Source: Euryarchaeota archaeon UBA182 (GTDB lineage: Archaea; Thermoplasmatota; Poseidoniia; Poseidoniales; Thalassarchaeaceae). From it: 64,000 nucleotides of DNA. Below the pieces are notes generated by a model. It was given only the letters and a program-made list of their open reading frames with translations. It was not told where the DNA came from and did no database searches. Below, piece after piece: positions 62,065 through 64,000 of this stretch; the first letter of the stretch is position 1, and each line of letters begins with the position of its first letter. The translations under genes and the position numbers were made by a program. Location of the stretch: positions 8,318 to 72,317 of the forward strand of contig DAGH01000021.1 of the NCBI GenBank assembly GCA_002495675.1, given 5' to 3'.

Positions 62065-62328
62065 ATGGTTGATGCATCACCCGCAAGACCAATCCTCAGT
62101 GATTTCATAGCAATTTCGATACCCACATCTATCTGGGCTTGGGTTGTGATACAGTCTTCTTTCCAATCTGGCTGGTTCTCATTCATATGCTCTGGGATTG
62201 TTGGATTTTTCCTTTGGCTTACAAGCGTGGCTTATGGTGAAACCAGGTTCAGTAGGATGGTCATAGTGGGAGTTACATTATCCGCGATCCTGTCACTGTC
62301 ATCGGCAATATATACTGTCTCGAGTTAG
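62065..62328 (+). CDS. Small hypothetical membrane protein
   Basis: Three hydrophobic segments. Fills the gap. Confidence 0.6.
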   Translation: MVDASPARPILSDFIAISIPTSIWAWVVIQSSFQSGWFSFICSGIVGFFLWLTSVAYGETRFSRMVIVGVTLSAILSLSSAIYTVSS

Positions 62329-62329
62329 G

Positions 62330-64000
62330 TCAGGCCCGCTTGGATTCTATCTGTCTTGCCAAAAAGGAGACAACATCAAGTATCTCGAAGTCGTGTCTCG
62401 GGTCTCCCTCAAACTTCAAGCATTCAAAGTGACTTACGCACTTGGGGCAGGAAGTGAGCATCACTTCGGCGCCCGTAGCTTTGACCTCGTCGAATCTTTG
62501 TAATCTGAGGGCCCTTGAATTCTCGTTGCATGACATCATGCTGGATACCCCGCAACAAAGCCCGTCTTCTCCGTGATGCTCCATCTCTACGAGGTTGACA
62601 CCATCCACTTGTTTGACAAGGTCCCTGGGCTCGTCATAGATATTCATCTGACGTCCCAATCTGCATGGATCGTGATATGTGACTGTCATGTCCTCTTCTA
62701 CAGCCATCTTGACATCGAATCCTTGTTGTGTAATGAACTCGGTCGTATGCATGACCTTCATTTCATCTAGTTCATAGTCAAGAGCGAATGTCCGGAAGCA
62801 TTCTGCACATGAAGTTACGAGGGTCTCAATCCCGCTGTCCTTGAGTTTCTTCTGGTTGTAGGATTTTAGCTTATCAAAGACCTCATTCATCCCTTGCCAC
62901 TTTTGATCATGACCGCAGCACTTCAGGAAGTCCCTTCCTAAGTATGACACGTCTAGCTCCATCTCATCGAAAATAGTGAAGGCTGCTGTAGTTGTCTCAC
63001 CAAGGTTCATCTCTCCTTCGTTTAGGTGGCTGAACACCATCTCCTGGTCGATATAGTCAACGCAACCTGGGTAGTAGCCGATAGTTGAGTCTAAGGGGTA
63101 TTCTTCGATCAGTGCGAAGTCATCATCCGCATCCTCTTCTGCCTCTGCAGCCAGGACGGCCTGAAGGACTGTGTGTGGTATTTCTGCTGCTGGAGGGCCT
63201 CCGACAATCATACTTCTCCTTATGTCGACGTATGAGTCATAGTCTACAAGCTGTGGACATGCGTTGGTGCAGGCTGTGCAAGTCAAGCACGAGTAAAGCG
63301 GGACGCCATCATCTTCATTGTTCCATGTATTGTATATGATGTTCAACTTGTCTCCTGCGTTGAATAGCCTCACGGGACATGCATCATCGCAAAGATCGCA
63401 TCCATAGCACTTGTTCATCTCCCATTCATAGCCTCTGGCCATGCCCCGGAGAGCCATGTAGACAAGGGCACCAAAGCCAGCGCATGGTATGAATAGAGAA
63501 TAGATTAATTTGGCATCTAGACTCTTTGGATTCTTCTCGAATGTTGGGTTTTCTACCAACATAGTTTGTAATTCGGTAATTGCTAAATCCGTATTGGACC
63601 TCAAGATCGCATTACCATTGTCTCCTAATATCAAAGGCTGGTATGCACTGAGCGTGTAGCTTAGGATTACTTCTACGGAAGTATCGATGTCAGTTGATGT
63701 GCTAATGAATTCTAAACGGTATGACTCCCCTGATCGGAGTTTTATGACACTTGATTCACACTCATCCTCCGATAGGGACCAGATAGCCACGTCGTTTGAG
63801 TCCAAAAGTGTCAGACTTTGTGTGTGGACTCCGGCCCCTCGGACAGTTGTCCTAAACGAACACCCCAAGTCGGTCACCACTTCATCCAGTCCCATGTTTT
63901 CGACGAAGAAAGTCTGGTTGTGTTGGTAGGTGTATGTAGTGTCGTCATCTGTACCGAGGTATCCACCAGAATGATACGCCCCGTTTAACTCATTATCTGC
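62330..64000 (-). CDS. HdrD/GlpC-like Fe-S oxidoreductase with N-terminal extracytoplasmic region and TM (5' truncated)
   Basis: CYGCDLCDDACP, CLTCTACTNACP, YYPGC, KCCGH, TSCAEC, TYHDPCRLGR, LCCG, TSCPKC. Frame open to window end. Confidence 0.88.
   Translation of the reverse strand, partial: ADNELNGAYHSGGYLGTDDDTTYTYQHNQTFFVENMGLDEVVTDLGCSFRTTVRGAGVHTQSLTLLDSNDVAIWSLSEDECESSVIKLRSGESYRLEFISTSTDIDTSVEVILSYTLSAYQPLILGDNGNAILRSNTDLAITELQTMLVENPTFEKNPKSLDAKLIYSLFIPCAGFGALVYMALRGMARGYEWEMNKCYGCDLCDDACPVRLFNAGDKLNIIYNTWNNEDDGVPLYSCLTCTACTNACPQLVDYDSYVDIRRSMIVGGPPAAEIPHTVLQAVLAAEAEEDADDDFALIEEYPLDSTIGYYPGCVDYIDQEMVFSHLNEGEMNLGETTTAAFTIFDEMELDVSYLGRDFLKCCGHDQKWQGMNEVFDKLKSYNQKKLKDSGIETLVTSCAECFRTFALDYELDEMKVMHTTEFITQQGFDVKMAVEEDMTVTYHDPCRLGRQMNIYDEPRDLVKQVDGVNLVEMEHHGEDGLCCGVSSMMSCNENSRALRLQRFDEVKATGAEVMLTSCPKCVSHFECLKFEGDPRHDFEILDVVSFLARQIESKRA

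Overview
Core-genome window of a marine Thermoplasmatota archaeon, most likely Marine Group II / Poseidoniales. The basis is archaeal 23S and 5S rRNA without a linked 16S, archaeal GltX, PheT, RNase HII, type II GAPDH, uS15, aIF6, Rpp21 and ArcS, plus many large acidic secreted proteins. It is about 95% coding and I saw no mobile elements, CRISPR arrays or tRNAs. The first 23 kb is a cell-surface cluster: a giant (>2,700 aa) AglB oligosaccharyltransferase fused to a long beta-sandwich stalk, a membrane-anchored subtilase, a beta-helix/Ig protein, a wHTH-STAND-TPR regulator and a 1,900-aa Ca-binding repeat protein. The rest holds housekeeping genes, a 23S-5S unit with a clear bulge-helix-bulge processing stem placed between rnp4-yhbY and aIF6, a propionyl-CoA/methylmalonyl-CoA cluster and an HdrD-like Fe-S protein. 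The most notable sequence-level signals are: a non-canonical, near-palindromic TT(C/G)A(A/T) promoter element at a fixed -29/-30 from many start codons; convergent genes abutting with 0-2 nt and no terminator space; non-canonical starts for pheT and a Pcp-MutT fusion; an unannotated 37-aa membrane peptide; and several degenerate or fused enzymes. All family calls are by motif recognition only, as no searches were run.
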